From an uncultured Bacillales bacterium (GTDB lineage Bacteria > Bacillota_I > Bacilli_A > RFN20 > CAG-826), in NCBI GenBank assembly GCA_947302535.1, contig CAMYVX010000003.1, positions 6,593 to 70,592 of the forward strand: a stretch of 64,000 nt of DNA. The letters run 5' to 3'. Of the stretch, positions 60,894-64,000 are shown one piece after another (the stretch's first letter is position 1; each line of letters starts with the position of its first letter). Under the pieces are notes generated by a model. It saw only the letters and a program-made list of their open reading frames with translations. It did not search any database and was not told the origin of the DNA. A program made the position numbers and the translations under genes.

Positions 60894-62174
60894 CTAGTTT
60901 TTTAAAGATGAGAGGGGAACAACATAAACTCCATCCGGGCGTTTATACGCGGCATTTGATAATCCACAAATAATGCACAATGATTTAGCTGGCTTACCAC
61001 CATGATCCGTTATTTCTTTATTTATTTTAAGCAGTTTATTTGCTGCCGAGTCAATTTGATTGGCGCCCAATTTAATTTCTATTGCACACCACTCGCCATC
61101 ATCAAGTTCAATAACGGCATCAATTTCGTTATTAGAATAATCTTGGTAATGAAACAATTCAGCGTTGAATGTTTCAGCATAAATCCTTAAATCTCTTTCA
61201 ACAAGAGCTTCAAACATAAAACCAAATGTATCTAAATCTGATATTAATTTTGTGGTATTTAAGTTTAGAGCAGCACATGCTAAAGCAGGGTCACAAAAAT
61301 GTCTTTTTTCTCCTTGTTTAATTCTTAATGAAGAACGAATCTTTGGGCTGAAAGGTTTTTGATTTTCTAATAGAAATAAGCGTGATAATGAATTCAAATA
61401 TTTGTTTATTGTTTCGTCACTAACAATACTTTTATCCGTTGCTGATATGTCTTTTGATAAAGATAAATTGGTTATTGTTGTAGATTCGTTTCTTGCTAAC
61501 GATCTTAGAAGAAGATTAATCTTACTGGTCTCGTATCTAACGTCCTCATCAAGTTTTTGGATATCCTCAAATAATACACTTTTGAGGTATCCTTTTGGAA
61601 GAATGCCTGCTTTCTCTTTCGAAACACCAATATTGTCTGGCCAACCACCCCTAACAATCAAATATGCAATTGTTTCCAAATCTACATCACCAGTTAACAG
61701 AGTTTGATTAAAAGAATTATCACAGATTTCTTTTAAAGAAACTTTGCCATTAGAATCTCCTGACTCATATAGGCTCATAGTATGCATACGTATCCCGATG
61801 ATTCTTCCAGTTCCTGAATGTAATACACCTTTCCTAACAGGAGTTGATGAACCCGTTAAGATATATTGACCTTTATGATTTGTCTCATCCACTTTCATTC
61901 TTACAGCATCCCACAATGGAGGAACTTCTTGCCATTCGTCTATAAGACGAGGAAAATCACCATTTAAGACTTTTATTGGATCCATTTCTGCGAGTCTTCT
62001 ATTACTGAAATTGTTAGAAGGATCGCCTACATAATAGTAAGAGGTAGAGTGAAAAGAAGAAGTCCAAGTCTTTCCGCACCATTTAGGCCCTTCTATGCAA
62101 ATCGCCTTAGCTAAACCAAGGTACTCATTTATCTTATCATCAATTAATCTTGGTTTATAATTGTCTTTATTCAT
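60894..62174 (-). CDS. AAA+ ATPase with DUF4143 domain (COG1373 family)
   Basis: 426 aa; P-loop GPKWCGKTW, IDEWQEVPPLW...YILTGSS, HSGTGRIIGIRMHTMSLYE, the family-typical blocks. Confidence 0.8.
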   Translation of the reverse strand: MNKDNYKPRLIDDKINEYLGLAKAICIEGPKWCGKTWTSSFHSTSYYYVGDPSNNFSNRRLAEMDPIKVLNGDFPRLIDEWQEVPPLWDAVRMKVDETNHKGQYILTGSSTPVRKGVLHSGTGRIIGIRMHTMSLYESGDSNGKVSLKEICDNSFNQTLLTGDVDLETIAYLIVRGGWPDNIGVSKEKAGILPKGYLKSVLFEDIQKLDEDVRYETSKINLLLRSLARNESTTITNLSLSKDISATDKSIVSDETINKYLNSLSRLFLLENQKPFSPKIRSSLRIKQGEKRHFCDPALACAALNLNTTKLISDLDTFGFMFEALVERDLRIYAETFNAELFHYQDYSNNEIDAVIELDDGEWCAIEIKLGANQIDSAANKLLKINKEITDHGGKPAKSLCIICGLSNAAYKRPDGVYVVPLSSLKN

Positions 62175-62444
62175 ACAATCGACCTCCTGTCAAGATAATT
62201 CTATTTTACGCATATTTAAAAATATATTACAAGAAACTTGGAAACATTTTGCACTTTTACTTGGAAACTTTTTGCACTTTTACTTGGAAACTTTTTCAAA
62301 TAAAAATAGTCATTGTTTTTTATAAAAAAGTCAGAAATTTCGTTCGTTTCTGACTAGATATCCAGATGTCTAAGTACTACGAAAATAATACAAGGAACAC
62401 TTTTTGATAAGTGGTAACACTTTTTAAATGTTAACACGAATAAA

Positions 62445-62744
62445 TTATCTATTCTTGGTCCATTGACGTTGACATTTTTTGCATTCGTAATGAACGGTTT
62501 CATGCCCATCTGCAAAACGTTCACTCCAGAACATAATGTCATCATATCCAGCGCCACATTGAGGACAATTATTTTCAGTTGAACATATTAAACCTCCACC
62601 GGATATCGCATTTAACTGTTCGTCGGTTAATTCCACGCCTTGTTCTTTAGCTAATGACAACAATTCTTCGTGACTTTTACACGCTTTTACTCTAGCGATT
62701 TGTTCATCAGTTAAACCTTTTAATAATTCTTGTTTCATGTTCAA
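62445..62744 (-). CDS. Nif11-type leader peptide precursor with double-Gly cleavage motif and Cys-rich core
   Basis: 99 aa; leader ...ELLSLAKEQGVELTDEQLNAISGGG matches the Nif11-like leader pattern; 47-48 aa core with CPQCG ... CKKCQ plus a fifth Cys. Confidence 0.6.
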   Translation of the reverse strand: MNMKQELLKGLTDEQIARVKACKSHEELLSLAKEQGVELTDEQLNAISGGGLICSTENNCPQCGAGYDDIMFWSERFADGHETVHYECKKCQRQWTKNR

Positions 62745-62955
62745 AGTTCTCCTTTATCGAATCTACTTTATCACAAGTCTTGCCACAAAAGTGTCACAGA
62801 AATTAATTGAATAAAAAGGATTCAAGAAATCCTTACTCTATCTCAATGAGTCCCTTGTTCGATTTTAACACATCGCAAGTGAATTCGTTAATTTTGTCAT
62901 CAATTCGCAAGCAAAACTCGTGCACCTAAATAAAGCATCGCACAAGTGCGTGCAA

Positions 62956-63285
62956 TTAAGCGAAGCAATAATCAATTTTTGTTTTTGTAATCAATACCGC
63001 ATCGGTATTAATTATCTTTTTGAGTCTTTCGCTTAATAATCTCACTTCATTCTCATCAATTCCGATAATTATGATTCTTAAGCTTGTCTCGGTTGTGTAA
63101 CCCTTACCATGTTTATAACCACCGGTTTGAGTTAATAAAGAGAAATTAATCTTTTTTGTATGGCAAATATCACAAAGGATATTCTTAAAATCCTCAACAC
63201 TAAGAATTTCTTCATAAGAATCCTTATCTTTGATGCCGATATAAATCTCGTATTTTATGCCACTATTAAACTTTAAATCTTCCAT
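62956..63285 (-). CDS. Small hypothetical protein, tandem paralog A
   Basis: 109 aa; shares NFSLL..GGY, IIG.D and AVLI.K.K blocks with the adjacent 105-aa ORF. Confidence 0.45.
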   Translation of the reverse strand: MEDLKFNSGIKYEIYIGIKDKDSYEEILSVEDFKNILCDICHTKKINFSLLTQTGGYKHGKGYTTETSLRIIIIGIDENEVRLLSERLKKIINTDAVLITKTKIDYCFA

Positions 63286-63288
63286 AAT

Positions 63289-63606
63289 TTATACTATTTC
63301 TTTTTGAAGCTTGTTTTTAACGATCAAAACAGCTTCTTGATTCATATACATTTTGAAGGCTTTGGCTAAGCTAATAATCTTTTCATCATCAGAACCAATA
63401 ATCGTGACACAGACACCATTTTCAGAGACATAATTGCCGCTTTCATATGAATAACCACCATTAAGTCTCAACAAAGAAAAATTGGCTTCTTTTTTTGAGA
63501 AAAAACCAACAATAGTCTTGCTTAGTTCTTCATCATTAACAATTTCGTTATTAAGATATGGATCATTGCATCCAACGATTATTTGATATTCAACATCCTG
63601 ATTCAT
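63289..63606 (-). CDS. Small hypothetical protein, tandem paralog B
   Basis: 105 aa paralog of 62956..63285; 3-nt gap to paralog A; no SD, pyrimidine tract upstream. Confidence 0.45.
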   Translation of the reverse strand: MNQDVEYQIIVGCNDPYLNNEIVNDEELSKTIVGFFSKKEANFSLLRLNGGYSYESGNYVSENGVCVTIIGSDDEKIISLAKAFKMYMNQEAVLIVKNKLQKEIV

Positions 63607-63730
63607 GTTTTAATTTTATAGGTGGAGGAGAGGAGGAGCAAGCACTTTGTGCTAAAGGTCACTATTATACATGTTTAATGCTTAACTCTATACATTGCAT
63701 GAAGTTCCGCGACATTTTTAATTTTGTCCT

Positions 63731-63766
63731 TTAATATAATAAAAGGATATACTTATAGTATATCCT
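63731..63766 (-). terminator. Rho-independent terminator downstream of partial gene at window end
   Basis: Hairpin aggatatacttatagtatatcct followed on the minus strand by TTTTATTATATT. Confidence 0.55.
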
Positions 63767-63899
63767 TAGCCTACTTTTTGGTGCCCCTTGCCAGAGTCGG
63801 ACTAGCGTCAAAGCATTACCATTGCTCCGTACTACCGTTGTACTAAAGGGGCATAACGCAAGAATTATAAATATAAAGAAGAGTAATATCAAGAAAAAG

Positions 63900-64000
63900 T
63901 TAGTCAACAAGTTTACCTTTTAAATCATAAACGGAAGCTTCTTGAATAAGGGCCTTAACTTTTTCTCCTATTTTTAATTCTTTATTCTTACTCTCAACAT
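63900..64000 (-). CDS. C-terminal fragment of a gene continuing past the window end (possibly TRAM domain of a MiaB-like methylthiotransferase)
   Basis: Open frame ...VESKNKELKIGEKVKALIQEASVYDLKGKLVD-stop. The IGxKVxxxI.EA...L.G.LV pattern resembles a TRAM domain C-terminus. Fragment only. Confidence 0.3.
   Translation of the reverse strand, partial: VESKNKELKIGEKVKALIQEASVYDLKGKLVD

Noticed and set aside
62150-62557. ORFs 62150..62353 (+) and 62354..62557 (-) around the leader-peptide gene
   Set aside because: The first lies in the promoter or intergenic AT-rich region with no RBS. The second overlaps the Nif11-type ORF out of frame.
63782-63855. tRNA-like 74-nt element with a 7-bp terminal stem (GUGCCCC/GGGGCAU), U at position 8 and GG in a D-loop-like segment
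   Set aside because: No T-arm (no TTCRA loop or matching 5-bp stem), only a 4-bp anticodon-like stem with an implausible ACC anticodon, and no CCA. Kept only as a 3' UTR hairpin.

Overview
AT-rich (roughly one-third GC by eye), standard-genetic-code bacterial chromosome segment from a low-GC Firmicute or Mollicutes-like lineage. Lineage cues are an N-domain-less ClpB under a CIRCE operator, a fused SecDF, many lipobox lipoproteins and C-terminally membrane-anchored surface proteins. The first ~31 kb is a minus-strand housekeeping block: xseA', nusB, asp23, tkt, aspS-hisS, rel, a heterodimeric ABC exporter pair, a recJ-like DHH protein, secDF, ruvAB, nadE, obg, L21-Prp-L27, radC, valS with a T-box leader, engB, lon and tig. 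The remainder is accessory. (1) A five-gene plus-strand operon encodes a two-component pair in which both partners look phosphotransfer-dead (HK H-box His to Tyr, RR Asp-Asp to Asn-Asn), a VTC/triphosphate-tunnel polyphosphate-polymerase-like protein, its DUF4956 membrane partner and a repetitive lipoprotein. (2) A membrane-protein and P-type ATPase block is followed by CIRCE-clpB. (3) A surface-protein island holds a CotH-kinase-like lipoprotein, msrA, a 6x16-aa Cys-repeat protein, a surface-anchored EndA-family nuclease fused to Ig-like domains, and a 1299-aa paralog whose predicted promoter has an (AAG)6 tract as spacer and a CIRCE-like palindrome over its -35. (4) A YhcG-like PD-(D/E)xK nuclease, a DUF4143 AAA ATPase, an orphan Nif11-type GG-leader peptide with a Cys-rich core, and two tandem paralogous small proteins. 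No rRNA, tRNA or CRISPR was found.
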